From Squalus acanthias (Eukaryota), in assembly GCA_030390025.1 (NCBI GenBank), contig CM059432.1, forward strand, positions 2,790,001 through 2,854,000: a DNA stretch of 64,000 nt, given 5' to 3'. This document shows, piece after piece, positions 38,676 through 53,563 of this stretch (its first letter is position 1; each line of letters opens with the position of its first letter). A program made the translations under genes and the position numbers. The notes below the pieces were generated by a model that saw only the letters and a program-made list of their open reading frames with translations, did not search any database and was not told the origin of the DNA.

Positions 38676-41209
38676 GATAGCGCCTGTTTGCTGCCCCTGC
38701 CCGAGAAGAATTTCTCGGCCACGATCTTTAAAATGTTAAAAATCTTTCCTGAATTGAACAACTTCCTTGCTGACCAAGAAAGATAAATAGTTGCAAAGTT
38801 CAAAACATTAGTATTCAAAAGTCTTTGGGAACTGGGACCTGGGTCCATTACATCGATCCTTTGAATCCAAATCCTCATTCCAGTTACACTGAATCCACAG
38901 CACAGAAACAGGCCATTCGGCCCAGCTGGTCCGTGCCGGCGTTTATGCTCCACACGAGCCTCCTCCCAACTCCTACTTCATCCCACCCCGTCAACACATC
39001 AATTAGATCAGCAACTGTCCCATTCAAAATTACTGGGTGCGAGAAATCAAAAATCCAGTGCCCATAATTGTCCATTTTTACTTTAATGGCCGGATGGTAC
39101 TACTGATCTCTAATGCACTCCGTTTTTGGAGTGGGGCAGATGGTGGGAGCTCTCTCCGGCCCTGGTGGTGGGGGCAGGTTATGGACTCGCTGCTCCTGTT
39201 CCGTCTCCCTATTCCCCTGTGGGGGAAATCTATCTGGAAAGGGTGAGCGGTGAGCTGGGCTGGGCGGGTCTCACTCACCCGGTGCCCGGGGTGGTACCGT
39301 TTATATTTTTGCCGGCACGGACTCGATGAGCCGAATGGCCTCCTTCTGTGCTGTTATGACTCTCTGCTCCTCTTGCCCCGGATTTGGGGGTCAGGCCGAG
39401 ACTGCTCCCGCTGTAACCCCCAACCTATTTTCTCGGGTTGGGCTGATGAAACATGTTTGGAGTGTTGCAGCAGAAAACCCACCAGCAGGAGGGAGCCTTC
39501 CACCAATGATGAGGAAGATGTTCGTCAGGACGCCTTTTCTGACACCGGATGAGGAGGGAGCGGAGTTAAAGGAGGAGGAAGTGCCTTGAAGACGTTTTTC
39601 AATGAATCCTCAGATTGGACTGAGGTCTTCAAAAGGCCAGTGTTTGGGGCCTTTATGAAGGGACATATTTTCTTCTCTCGAAAAAGAGTAGGCAGAGAGA
39701 TGACCTGAATTTAATGACGAAGGGGGTCTGATAGGGTAGACGTAGAGAAGATGTTTCCGCTTGTGAGGGAGCCCAAAACTAGGGGCCATCAATATAAGAC
39801 AGTCACTGATAAATCCAATAGGGAATTCGGGAAAAAGTTCTTTACTCAGAGAGTGGTGAGAATGTGGAACTCGCTACCACAGGGTGTGGTTGAGGCGAAT
39901 AACGTGGATGTATTTAAGGGGAAGCTGGATAAACACATGAGGGAGGAAAGAATAGAAGGTTGTTTTGATGGGGTGAGATGCAGTAAAGTGGGAGGAGGCT
40001 CGAGTGGTGCACTAACGCCAGCATGGGCCTGTTGGGCCGAATGGCCTGTTTTGGTGCTGTACAATCTATGTAACAATGGAGCCTCTCAGTCCAAACAATG
40101 GCCTTCCGCAGCTGCCCCAGGGTCTACTGCTGACCCTCTCCTGGCGGTCCCTGGGGTGAGTGGTGGAAGGGAGGGTTCCTGGGATCTTCCTCCCTGCCGT
40201 CACTTCCGTGGCAGTGTGGGGTTGGGTGGGTGTCCCAGTTCCCTGTGGTGGGGAATGGACACTAGTGGTGGTGGGGGGGGGGGGGACAGCAGTTGGCCTC
40301 CTCACCTGATTTTCCTTCCTTTTCTGATTGCCATACCTCCTGCTTTTAGCTGGTATAGGAGGAGGAAAATCCAGCTCAACGGCCTAGAAATCTTGCTGCG
40401 GGGGGCCTCAGCAACTTGCATTTAGCATAACGCCTTTAAAACGTCCCAAGGCGCTTGCAAAGGGCCTAACGCCTGCTTTGGGCGTCTCGTTGGTTCTTAC
40501 CCAATATGGTGGGCGGTGCATATCCGGTCAGAAATGCGCACGCGCTCCCTGTCCGCCATTTTGGGGACTTAGGAGGCCGCATACCGCCTGCAAAACGAGT
40601 GCTCGCTGTCCCAATTTCTAAGCCCACGACTTTTAAGTTGTGTGAAAATATTCCTTAATGATGTCTACATGACGAAAAATCAGGCAGCAGGGAGTTAACT
40701 TACCACTTTTTATTCAACAGGCTGTAACTAGTGGGGTGCCGCAAGGATCAGTGTTGGGGCCTCAGCTATTTACAATCTAGGGTAGATGCTGAGAGGTTGT
40801 CTCCCCTGGCTGGAGTGTCTCGAACTAGGGGGCATAGTCTCAGGATAAGGGGTCGGCCATTTAGGACCGAGATGAGGAAGAATTTCTTCACTCAGAGGGT
40901 TGTGAATCTTTGGAATTCTCTGTCCCAGAGGGCTGTGATGCTGAGTCTTTGAGTATATTCAAGGCTGAGATCGATAGATTTTTGGACTCTAGGGGAATCG
41001 AGGGATATGGGGATCGGGCGGGAAAGTGGAGTTGAGGTCGATGATCAGCCATAATCTTATTGAATGGCGAGCAGGCTCGAGGGGCCCTTTGGCCGACTCC
41101 TGTTCTTACTTCTTATGTTCAACGTGTTTATTCATCTTGCTCAATACTAAAGTTGCAAGGCCTTACTTAACTGTTACCCCTTTTAGCCTACAATACTTGC
41201 CCGTCACTA

Positions 41210-41557
<348 letters not shown>

Positions 41558-42332
41558 TTAGAACCTCGGCCAATACTAAAATACATCCAAAGGAATTTGC
41601 ACTACCTGCAGTGATAGACTCACTGGCACCACACAGATAGAAAAAAAATAAGAAAGACTTGCATTTATATTAGACTGCATATTGTGACACCACTAGTCCC
41701 CGGCCAGAATGGAGATGATTGGGTAATTTCCCCCGTCCGGCACTGCTGTAAGTGTAAGTGACTGGGATTGATTGTCCGCACATAATTTGGATTTATGTAA
41801 CTATCCTCCACTCACTCCACAGTCTCAGGATAAGGGGTCGGCCATTTAGGACTGAGATGAGGAGGAATTTCTTCACTCAGAGGGTTGTGAATCTTTGGAA
41901 TTCTCTACCCCAGAGGGCTGTGAATGCTGAGTCATTGAGTATATTCAAGGCTGGGATCGATAGACTTTTGGACTCTAGGGGAATCGAGGGATATGGAGAT
42001 CGGGCGGGAAAGTGGAGTTGAGGTCGAAGATCAGCCATGATCTTATTGAATGGCGGAGCAGGCTCGAGGGGCTGTATGGCCGACTCCTGCTCCTAATTCT
42101 TATGCTCTTTTGCTGGAGAAATAATCCTGCTTTTATTGGGAGAAAGTATAGGGAGTACCTTCACCTCACTGACCGCAGCGGTTCAAGAAAGCGGCTCACC
42201 ACCACCTTCTCAAGGGCAATTCGGGACAGGCAATAAATGCTGGCCTTGCCAGCAATGCCCACATCCCATGAATGAATAAAAAAAAACATTGCTGCAGTTT
42301 TGGACATGAGTTCTGTTTGCTGCAGAATCTTC

Positions 42333-42508
42333 AATAGACTCTGTAGACTGTTTGCTGTTTAAAATAGACTCTGTAGACTGTTTGCTGTTTAAACAGACTC
42401 TGTAGACTGTTTGCTGTTTAAATAGACTCTGCTGACTGTTTGCTGTTTAAACAGACTCTGTAGACTGTTTGCTGTTTAAACAGATTCTGTTTGCTATAAA
42501 ATAGATTG
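42333..42508. repeat. ~30-bp minisatellite, about 5 units
   Basis: aaatagactctgtagactgtttgctgttta repeated with variants. Confidence 0.85.
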
Positions 42509-42861
42509 TGTGCTGAGTCCTGCTGTCAGTCCCGCCCCGCCTCCAACTCATTGGCTGACACAGTGGTGCCAATAGACACTCCGTTTATATGGCGCCTTTC
42601 ACGACCTCAGGACGTGCCAAAGCAGTTTACAGCCAATGAAGTACTTTTTTGAAGTGTAGTCACTGTTGTAATGTAGGAAACGCGGCAGCCAATTTGAGCA
42701 CAGCAAGCTCCCACAAACAGCAATGAGATAATGACCAGATAATCTGTTTTAGTGATGTTGGTTGAAGGATAAATATTGGCCCCAGGACACTGGGGATAAC
42801 GCCTCTGCCCCATAGGCAGAAAAATATAACGTAATCTGCTCACTGAGTCAAAACAGCATCC

Positions 42862-43770
42862 TGGAGGGAGTGCAGCGTAGATTTAACAGTAAGATATCTG
42901 GACTCCAAGGGTTAAATTACGAGGAGAGATTACACAAAATAGGGTTGTATTCCCTGAAATTTAGAAGGTTAAGGGGTGATTTAATCGAAGTTTTCCAGGT
43001 ATTAAGGGGAACTGACGGGGTAGATAGAGAGAAACTATTTCCGCTGGTTGGGGAGTCTAGGACTAGGGATCAAAGTCTAAAAATTAGAGCCAGATCTTTC
43101 AACAACAACAACTTATATTTATATAGCACCTTTAATGTAGTAAAACGTCCCAAGGCGCTGCACAGGAATATTATAAGACAAAAAATTTGACACCAATCCA
43201 CATAAGGATAAATTAGAACAGGTGACCAGAAGCTTGGTCAAAGAGGTAGGTTTTAAGGAGCATCTTAAAGGAGGAAAGAGAGGTAGTGAGGCGGAGAGGT
43301 TTAGGCAGGGAATTCCAGATTTAGGGCCTAGGCAACAGAAGGCACGGCCACCAATGGTGGAGAGATTATAATCAGGGATGCTCAAGAGGGCAGAATTAGA
43401 GGAGCGCAGAGATCTCTGGGGGGTTGTGGGGCTGGAGGAGATTACAGAGATAGGGGGGGGGGGGGCGAGGTCATGGAGGGACTTGAAAACAAGGATGAGA
43501 ATTTTGAGTGAAGTTCAGGAGTGAAGTTAGGAAACACTTCTACACACAAAGGGTGGTAGAAGTTTGGAACTCTCTTCCGCAAAAGGCAATTGATGCTAGA
43601 TCAATTGTTAATTTTTAATCTGAGATTGATAGGTTTTTGTTAAACAAAGGTATTAGGGGATATGGGCCAAAGGCGGGTAGATGGAGTTAAGATACAGATC
43701 GGCGATGATCTCGTTGAATGGTGGAACAGGCTCGAGGGGCCGAATGGCCTCCTCCTGTTCTTATGCTCCT
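42862..43770 (+). mobile_element. CR1 3' fragment interrupted by a minus-strand L2 fragment (43100-43505)
   Basis: RRLRGDLIEVF..KIRAR, then L2, then the CR1 tail. Confidence 0.8.
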
Positions 43771-44972
43771 CGGTGTTTACTGTCAAACTCTCTTGTTGAG
43801 ACTTCCCTGCATGTTCCACAATTGTGCACAAAGCAATTCTACGTTGAAATATTTATTCTTATTAATGTGACAGATATTACTGGTGAATGAAATATTAGCC
43901 TACTTCTGTCACCCAATGTCAACATCAAGTGCTCTCAGGTCAGGTATATCATGGGCAGATGCAGAGCCAAGATGCATCGACATTGCCCCAACAAGGCAAC
44001 TCAACCCCTTTTGATGAACAGATAAGCCTGAACGTTTCAATTTCCCACAAGTATCCATGTGGCTGTGCACGATTCAGTGTTGTAGCTCTGCGTCTTGCTA
44101 ATATTTCCGCCGAGACTGCCCAAGCTTATTTTTTGTTTAGGACCCTTAGACGCAGGAGATATTCATCCCAAAGGTTTGGACTTATAGAATCGTACAGCAC
44201 AGGGGGAGGCCACTCGGCCCGTTGTCCCTGTGCCGGCTCTTTGAACGAGCTCTCCAATTAGTCCCACTCCCCCCGGCTTTTTCCCCACAGCCCTGAAAAT
44301 GTTTACCGTTTCAAGTATTTATCCAATTCCCTTTTGAAAGTTACTATTGAATCTGCTTCCCACCGCCCTTTCAGGCAGCGTGTTCCAGATCACAACAACT
44401 CGCTGCGTAAAAAATATTCTCCTTATCTCGCCTCTGGTTCTTTTGCCAATGACCTTCAATCTGTGTCCTCTGGTTACCGACCCTCCTGCCACTGGAAACG
44501 GTTCCTCCTTATTTACTCTTCAAAACCCCTCATGATTTTGAACGCCTCTATTAAATCTCTCCTTAACCTTCTCTGCTCGCAGGAGAACAACCCCAGCCCC
44601 TTCAGTCTCTCCACACAACTGAAGTCCCTCATCCCTGGAACCATTCTGGTAAATCTCCTCTGCACCCTCTCCAAATCCTTCACGTCCTTCCTAAAGTGTG
44701 GTGCCCAGAATTGGACACAATACTCCCGTGATTTATAAAGGTTTAGCATAACTCCCTTGCTTTTGTACTCGGGTTCAAAGTCAGATCCCAAATTTCTACT
44801 TTACATTGCCTGCTGGACATTGTAAATTCATTTTATTCCAAAAATTCATCAACCTTTAAGTAATATCAATATCTGTTTTAAACTATTTATGTTCCTTGGC
44901 TCTACTTTCTTACTTTCCCGACTTACTTAGAAGTAATATTCTGAGTTTGCCTTTTCTATAACACTTATATAT

Positions 44973-47900
44973 TAAGAACATAAGAATTAGGAGCAGGAGT
45001 CGGCCATTTGGCCCCTCGAGCCTGCTCTGCCATTCAGTAAGATCATGGCTGATCTTCTATCCCAACTCCACCTTCCCGCACTATCTCCATATCCCTTGAT
45101 TCCCTTAATTCCCAACAATTTATCGACCTCTGTCTTGAATATACTCAACGACTGAGCAGCCACAGCTCTCTAGGGTAGAGAATTCCAAAGATTCACAACC
45201 CTTTGAGTGAAGAAATTTCTCCTCATCTCAGTCCTAAATGGCCGACCCCTTATTCCGAGACTGTGACCCCTGGTTCTAGATTCTCCAGCCAGGGGAAACA
45301 TTTTCTCAGCATTAACCCTGTCAAATCCCTTAAGAATTTTGTATGTTTCAATGAGAGCACCTCTCATTCTTCTAAACTCTAGAGAATATAGGCCTAGTCT
45401 ACTCAATCTCTCCTCATAGGGCAATCCCCTCATCCCAGGAACCAGTCTAGTGAACCTTCGTTGCACTCCCTCTAAGGCAAGTATGTCTTTCCTTAGGTAA
45501 GGAGACCAGAACTGTACACAGTACTCTGGGTGTGGCCTCGCCAATGCCCTGTATAACTGTAATAAGACTTCTTTACTCTTATACTCCAATCCCTTTGTAA
45601 CAAAAGCTAACATATCATTTGCTTTCCTAATTGCTTGCTGTACCTGCATGTTAACTTTCTCTGATTCATGTACAAAGACACCCAGGTCCATAAGAACATA
45701 AGAGTAGGCCATATGGCCCCTCGAGCCTGATCCGCCATTTAATAAGATCATGGCTGATCATCGACCTCAACTCCACTTTCCCGCCCGATCTCCATATCCC
45801 TTGATTCCCCTAGAGTCCAAAAATCTATCGATCTCAGCCTTGAATATACTCAAAGACTCAGCATCCACAGCCCTCTGGGACAGAGAATTCCAAAGATTCA
45901 CAACCCTCTGAGTGAAGAAATTCCTCCTCATCTCGGTCTTAAATGGCCGACCCCTTATCCTGAGACTATGCCCCCCTAGTTCTAGACACTCCAGCCAGGG
46001 GGAAACAACCTCTCAGCATCTACCCTGTCAATCCCGTTCAGAATCTTGTATGCTTCAATGAGATCACCTCTCATTTTTCTAAACTCCAGAGAGTATAGGC
46101 CCATTCTACACAATCTCTCATCATAGGACAACCCTCTCATCCCAGGAATCAATCTAGTGAACCTTTGCTGCACCGCCTCCAAGGCAAGTATATCCTTCCT
46201 TAGATAAGGAGACCAAAACTGTGCACAGTACTCCAGGTGTGGTCTCACCAAAGCCCTGTACAATTGTAGCAAGACTTCCTTACTCTTATACTCCAACCCC
46301 CTTGTAATAAAGGCCAACATGCCATTTGCCTTCCTTATTGCTTGCTGTACCTGCATGCTAGCTTTCTGTGTTTCTTGCACGAGGACACCCAAATCTCTCT
46401 GAACACCAACATTTGAAAGTTTCTCACCATTTAAAAAATATTCTGTTTTTCTATTCTTCCTACCAAAGTGAATAACCTCACATTTCCCCACATTATACTC
46501 CATCTGCCACCTTACTGCCCACTCACTTAACCTGTCTATATCCCTCTGCAGACTCTGTGTTCTCCTCACAGCTTACAGTCCCACCTAGCTTTGTATCATC
46601 AGCAAACTTGGATACATTACACTCGGTCCCTTCATCTAGGTCATTAATGTAGATTGTAAATAGCTGAGGCCCCAGCACTGATCCTTGCGGCACCCCACTA
46701 ATTACAGCCTGCCAACCTGAAAAAGACCCGTTTATCCCTACTCTCTGTTTTCTGTCCGTTAACCAATCCTCTATCCATGCTACTATATTACCCCCCAACC
46801 CCATGAGCCCATATCTTGTGTAATAACCTTTTATGTGGCACTTTATCGAATGCCTTTTGGAATCCAAATATACTACATCCACTGGTTACATCCTCAAAAA
46901 ACTAATAAATTTGTCAAACATGATTTCCCTTTCATAAAACCATGTTGACTCTGCCTAATCATGTTTTGATTTTCTAAGGGCCATGATACCACTTCCTTAA
47001 CAATGGATTCCAGCATTTTCCCGATGACTGATGCCAGCCTAACTGGCCTGTAGTTCCCTGTTTTCTCTCTCCCTCCTTCCTTGAATATCGGGGTTACATT
47101 TGCTATCTTCCAATCCGCTGGGACCATTCCAGAATCTAGGGAATTTTGGAAGATCAAAACCAGTGCATCCACTATCTCTTCAGCCACCTCTTTTAGAACC
47201 CTAGGATGTAGGCTGTCAGGTCCAGGGGATTTGTCAGCATTTAGTCCCATTAGTTTCTATAGTACTTTTTCTCAACTTATATTAATTACGTTAAGTTCCT
47301 CACCCTCATTAGACCCTTGGTTCCCCACCATTTTTGTGTGCTTTTTGTGTCTTCTACTGTGAAGACAGATACAAAATATTTGTTTAACATTTCTGCCATT
47401 TCCTTATTCCCCATAATAATTTCTCTTGTCTCAGCCTCTAAGGGACCAATGTTTACTTTTGCTACTCTCTTCCTTTTTACATACTTGTAGAAGCACTTAC
47501 AGTCTGTTTTTATATTTCTTGCTAGTTTTCTCTCATATTCTATTTTTTCCCCTTTTTATCAATTTTTTGGTCATCCTTTGCTGGTTTCTGAAACTCTCCC
47601 AATCCTCAGGCTTACTACTATTCTTCGCAACATTATAAGCCTCTTCTTTTAATCTAATACTATCCTTAACTTCTTTAGTTAGCCACGGTTGGATCACTTT
47701 TCCCGTGGAGTTTTTGTTTCTCAATGGAATGTATTTTTGTTGAGAATTATGAAATATTTCTTTAAATGCTAGCCAGCTTATCTACCGCCATACCTTTTAG
47801 TCTATTTTTCCAATTTACCTTAGCCAACTCGCCCCTCATACCTATGTAATTGGCTTTATTTAAGTTTAAGACTCTAGTTTCGGACTTAGGCAAGTCACTC

Positions 47901-48007
47901 TGAAACTTAATGTGAAATTCTGATCACTCTGCCCCAGAGGATCCTTTACTATGAGATTGCTAATTAACCCTGTCTCATTACACAATGCAAGATCTAAAAT
48001 AGCCTGA
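44973..48007 (-). mobile_element. Two tandem CR1 LINE fragments (3' ends at about 44973 and 45690); the longer one extends into the endonuclease region and resumes at 49833-49935
   Basis: ORFs 45170-45751, 45982-46569, 46523-46882, 46894-47250; ILDL..CNE and EQYIMEPTR endonuclease motifs flank the plus-strand insert. Confidence 0.88.
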
Positions 48008-49832
48008 TTGGTGAAGTCAAGCGTAGGTCCCTTGCAGTCAGAATCAGGGGAATTTATAACGGGGAACAAAGAAATGGCAGACCAATTAAATACATACTTT
48101 GGTTCTGTCTTCACAAAGGAGGACACAAGTAACCTCCCAGAGATGTCGGGGAACATAGGGTCTAATGAGAGGGAGGAATTGAATGAAATCAGTATTTGTA
48201 GGGAAATGGTGTTAGGGAAATTGACGGGATTGAAGGCCGATAAATCCTCAGGGCCTGATAATCTACATCCTAGGGTACTTAAGGAAGTGGCCCTAGAAAT
48301 AGTAGATGCATTGCTGGTCATCTTCCAAAATTCTATAGACTCTGGAACAGTTCCCATGGATTGGAGGATAGCTAATGTAACCCCACTATTTAAAAAAGGT
48401 GGTAGAGAGAAAACGGGGAATTATAGACCGGTAAGCCTGACATCGGTAGTGGGGAAAATGCTAGAGTCCATTATAAAAGATGTAATAGCAGAGCACTTGG
48501 AAAACAGTGACAGGATCGGACAAAGTCAACATGGATTTACAAAAGGTAAATCATGCTTGACTAATCTACTGGAATTTTTTGAGGATGTAACTGGTAGAAT
48601 AGATAAGGGAGAACCAGTGGATGTGGTGTATTTGGACTTTCAGAAGGCTTTCGATAAGGTCCCGCATAAGAGATTAGCGTGCAAAGTTAAAGCACAAGGG
48701 ATTGGGGGTAAGGTACTGTCTTGGATGGAGAACTGGTTGGCAGACAGGAAGCAAAGAGTTGGAATAAACGGGTCTTTTTCCGAGTGGCAGGCAGTGACTA
48801 GTGGGGTACCGCAGGGATCGGTGCTAGGACCCCAGCTATTCACAATATATATATAAATGATCTAGACGAGGGAACTAGATGTAATATCTCCAAGTTTGCA
48901 GACGACACAAAGCTGGGTGGGCGTGTGTGCTGTGAGGAAGATGCAGAGAAACTCCAGTATGATTTGGACAGGTTGGGTGATTGGGCAGATGCATGGCAAA
49001 TGCAGTATAATGTGGATAAATGCGAGGTTATCCACTTCGGTGGCAAAAACAGGAAGACAGATTGTTATCTGAATGGCAATAGATTGGGAAAAGGGGAACT
49101 GCAACGAGACCTGGGTGTCCTTGTGCACCAGTCGCTGAAGGTAAGCATGCAGGTGCAGCAGGCAGTTAAGAAGGCAAATGGTATGTTGGCCTTCATAGCG
49201 AGAGGATTTGAGTACAGGAGCAAGGATGTCTTGCTGCAGTTGTACAGGGCCTTGGTGAGACCACACCTTGAGTATTGTGTGCAGTTTTGGTCACCTTATC
49301 TGAGGAAGGATGTTCTTGCCATGGAGGGAGTGCAGCGAAGATTCACCAGACTGATACCTGGGATGGCAGGAATGACGCATGAGGAGAGATTGGGTCGATT
49401 AGACTTATATTCGCTCGAGTTTAGAAGAATGAGAGGGGATCTCATTGAAACTTATAAAATTCTAACAGGTCTAGACAGACCAGATGCAGGAAGGATGTTG
49501 TTCTTGATGGCGGGGGAGTCCAGAACCAGGGGTCACAGTCTAAGGATAAGGGGTAAGCCATTTAGGACTGAGATGAGGAGGAATTTCTTCACCCAGAGAG
49601 TGGTGAACCTGTGGAATTCTCTACCACAGAAGGCAGTTGAGGCCAATTCATTAAATATATTCAAGAAGGAGTTAGATATATTTCTTAAGGCTAAAGGGAT
49701 CAAGGGATATGGGGAGAAAGCAGGGACAGGGTACTGAATTTGGATGGTCAGCCATGATCTCAATGAATGGCGGAGCAGGCTCGAGGGGCCGAATGGCCTA
49801 CTCCTGCTCCTATCTTCTATGCTTCTATGTTC
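48008..49832 (+). mobile_element. Relatively young CR1/HER1 LINE, 3' 1.8 kb with the full RT domain and one frameshift in a TA run at about 48846-48856
   Basis: [45 protein letters not shown]; 282 aa and 270 aa open stretches. Confidence 0.93.
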
Positions 49833-49935
49833 TCTGGTTGGTTCCATGATGTATTGTTCTCGGAAACTGTCCCGAATGTATTCCATAAACTCATCCTCCA
49901 GACTACCTTTGGCAATTTGATTTGTCCCTCTGAAT

Positions 49936-51060
49936 GCAAACATTTCACCATTCAAAACATATTCTGCTTTTTTGTTTTTCCTACCAAAGTGGATAACTTC
50001 ACACTTCCCCACATTGTAATCCATTTGCCAAGATCTTGCCCACCCAGTCAACCTGTCTATATCTCTCTGCAGCCTCTTTGCGTCCTCCTCACAGCTTACT
50101 TTCCCACCTAACTTTGTATCAGCAAACTTGGATACGTTACATAGAAACATAGAAACATAGAATCTAGGAGCAGGAGTAGGCCATTCGGCCCGTCGAGCCT
50201 GCTCCACCATTCAATACGATCATGGCTGATCATCCAAATCCAGTACCCTGTCCCTGCTTTAATCCCCACAGTACACATATCCCTCCCTACCCCCGTAACC
50301 CCACGTATTTAATTCCCACTAACATATCCCATCCTATCCCCATAACCCCACATATTTAATACCCCCCTAACACTAAGGGTCAATTTATCATAGCCAAATC
50401 AACCTAACCCGCACATTTTTGGACTGTGGGAGGAAACCGGAGCACCCGGAGGAAACCCACGCAGACACGGGAAGAATGTGCAAACTCCACACAGACAGTC
50501 ACCCGAGGTCAGATTCGAACCCGGGTCCCTGGCGCTGTGAGGCACCAGTGCTAACCACTATGCCACCGTGTTACACTCAGTCCCTTCATCTAAGTCATGT
50601 GGTACCCCACTAGTTACAGCCTGCCAACCTGAAATAGTCCTGTTTATTCCTACTCTCTGTTTTCTGTCCATTAACCAATCCTCAATCCATGCTAATATAT
50701 TAGCCGAATCCAATGAGTCCTAATTTTGTGTAATAACCTCCTGTGTGGCACCTTATCGAATGCCTTCTGAAAATCCAAATACACGACATCCACTGGTTCC
50801 CTCCATGTCATCTAACTAGTTACATCTTCAAAAAACGCTAACAGATTTGTCAAACATGATTTCCCTTTCATAAAACCATGTTGACTCTGCCTAATCATAT
50901 TACGATTTTTTAAGTGCCCTGTGACCACGTCCCTAATAATAGATTCTAGCATTTTGCCTACTACTGATGTCAGGCTAACTGGCCTATAGTTCCCCATTTT
51001 TTCTCTTCCTCCTTTCTTAAATAGCAGGGTTATGTTTGCTACCTTCCAATCCTTGGGGAT
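49936..51060 (-). mobile_element. CR1 RT fragment hosting a chimeric HE1 SINE
   Basis: NYRPVSLTS, QHGF and KFAD motifs. Confidence 0.85.
50142..50569 (-). mobile_element. Chimeric HE1 SINE plus CR1 tail
   Basis: HE1 head and V domain 50261-50569 joined to a LINE tail 50142-50260; gttaca duplicated at 50136-50141 and 50570-50575. Confidence 0.8.
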
Positions 51061-51319
51061 ATAGGGAATTGGATATATACTCGAAGGAGAAAAAAAACTA
51101 CAGGGCTGTGGGGAAAGAGCAGGGGGGAGTGGGACTAATTGGAGAGCTCTTTCAAAGAACCGGCATAGGCACGATGGGCCAAATGGCCTCCTTCTCTGCT
51201 GTAAGATTCTATATACTTCAATAAGGAGTCCTCTTAGCCTTCTACTAGCTAGACAATCGTGCTTAAATTTCTCTCATTTCTCCTAATCGCTCATCTGCTT
51301 CATATGTGGATTAACATAA

Positions 51320-51850
51320 CAACATAAGAATTAGGAGCAGGAGTCGGCCACATGGCCCCTCGAGCCTGCTCCGCCATTCAATAAGATCATGGATGACCTT
51401 CGACCTCATCTCCACTTTCCCGCTCAATCCCCATATCCCTCGATTCCCCTGGAGTCCAAAAATCTATCGATCTCAGCCTTGAATATACTCAACGATTCAG
51501 CATCCACAGGGGTCAGGGGCAGAGAATTCCAAAGATTCACAACCCTCTGAGTGAAGAAATTCCTCTTCATCTCAGTCTTAAATGGCCGACCCCTTATCCT
51601 GAGGCTGTGTCCCCCTAGTTCTAGACTCTCCAGCCAGGGGGAAACAACCTCTCAGCATCTACCCTGTCAATCCGCCTCAGAATCTTGTATGTTTCAATGA
51701 GATCACCTCTCATTCTTCTAAACTCCAGAGAGTATAGGCCCATTCTACTCAATCTCTCCTCATAGGACAGCCCTCTCATCCCAGGAACCAATCTAGTGAA
51801 CCTTCGTTGCACCGCCTCCGAGGCAAGTATATCCTTCCTCAGATAAGGAT
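51320..51850 (-). mobile_element. CR1 3' fragment
   Basis: ORF 51621-51812 and tail. Confidence 0.85.
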
Positions 51851-52524
51851 TGATGCGGTTCTCTGCGCCTTTCCAAGGGCACGTATATTAACGTCAGTGG
51901 TGTGATGACCAACACACTGAATCCAAGCCAGTAAAGTGTAGGTAAAAGAAGAAGGGGAGAGAAAAAGAGAATTAAAAGTTTACAATTGGTACAAGCCTAA
52001 TTCTGCAAAACCCTGCTACCACACTTGATCATAATGGTCAGTAACTTCCAGTTCCCCACAACTGTTACGCTCAGTTACTCTTATAAAAAAAAAAGTGGGG
52101 GTAATTTTGACTTTTGTGCAATAGTGTAGCCCGTTTTACATAGAATGATGCAGCACAGACGGAGTCCATTCGGCCCATCGTGCCTGTGCCGGCTCTTTGA
52201 ACGAGCTCTCCAATTAGTCCCACTCGCCCCCCCGCTCTTTCCCCAGAGCCCTGCAAATTTTTCCTTTTCAAGTATTTATCCAATTCCCAATGAAAGTTAC
52301 TGTTGAATCTGCTCCCACCGCCCTTTTCAGGCAGCGCGTTCCAGATCATCTCTCCCGATTTTCATTTCCAGTGAAACCATTTCACTTTCCCCCCCCCCCA
52401 CCAGTGTTACACAATCGCACCAAGTCAAACCTTGCCTCCAGTCAGTGTAGTTCCAGTGCCGTTCCAGTGCCGTTGCTCATTGGAAATGGCTGGGGGAGAA
52501 TTTCAATACCTTCGCCCGACCCTA

Positions 52525-52782
<258 letters not shown>

Positions 52783-53563
52783 TTATTGGAGGCAGCACCA
52801 ACGGGGGGGGCAAAATATTTCACCAAAACAAATAGGAAACGGCACAAGGCTGCACAAGCGATGCCGTGAGTTAGTGTCAGGCTACGTCACTTGTCATTCA
52901 ATTGTTTGTAAAGCCTTTAAGCTCTTCCATTGTGCACTGTACTAATAGAATGATACAGCACAGGAGGAGGCCACTCGGCCCATCGTCCCTGTGCCGGCTC
53001 TTTGAAAGAGCTCTCCAATTAGTCCCACTCCCCCCCCGGCTCTTTCCCCACAGCCCTGCAAATCTTTTCCTTTTCAAGTATTTATCCAATTCTGTTTCAG
53101 GCAGTGCATTCCAGATCATAACAAATCTCTGCATAAAAATAAAAATCTCCTCTCGGCTGGACGTGGGATCCACAAAAGCTGCAAATGGTTTCCTAACATA
53201 GCAATCGATTGAGAAATTTTTCATGCATTCAAGTCATCTCTGGCTGTTAAGTGAGCAGCAAGTCGCCACTTAAAATTCCTGAGTCCCGCGGGCAGATGCT
53301 GCAGGTGTGTCGGAAATGACGCGGGCACCCACCAGCTATGTAAATGATCCCGACCCCGGGACTTGGGAAGGAGTCGGGATCCTGGTAGACCAGCCGCTGA
53401 AAGTCTGCACTTCTGAAGGGAGAGCAGGGGCCCTGGAATTTCAAGCCCCCTCTGTATAAGCTGTGGCTCAGTGGGCAGCACCCTCGCCTCCGAGTCAGAA
53501 GGTTGTGGGTTTAAATCCAACTCCAGAGACTCGAGCTCAAAATCTAGGCTGACACTCCCAGTG

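Noticed and set aside
39330..39600. Possible coding fragment or hammerhead (ctgatgaaac)
   Set aside because: No stem II or properly spaced GAAA, and no recognisable protein in the frames given.
48008..49737. Reverse transcriptase ORFs as a host gene or an active element
   Set aside because: 5'-truncated, frameshifted CR1 copy without ORF1 or its own endonuclease domain.
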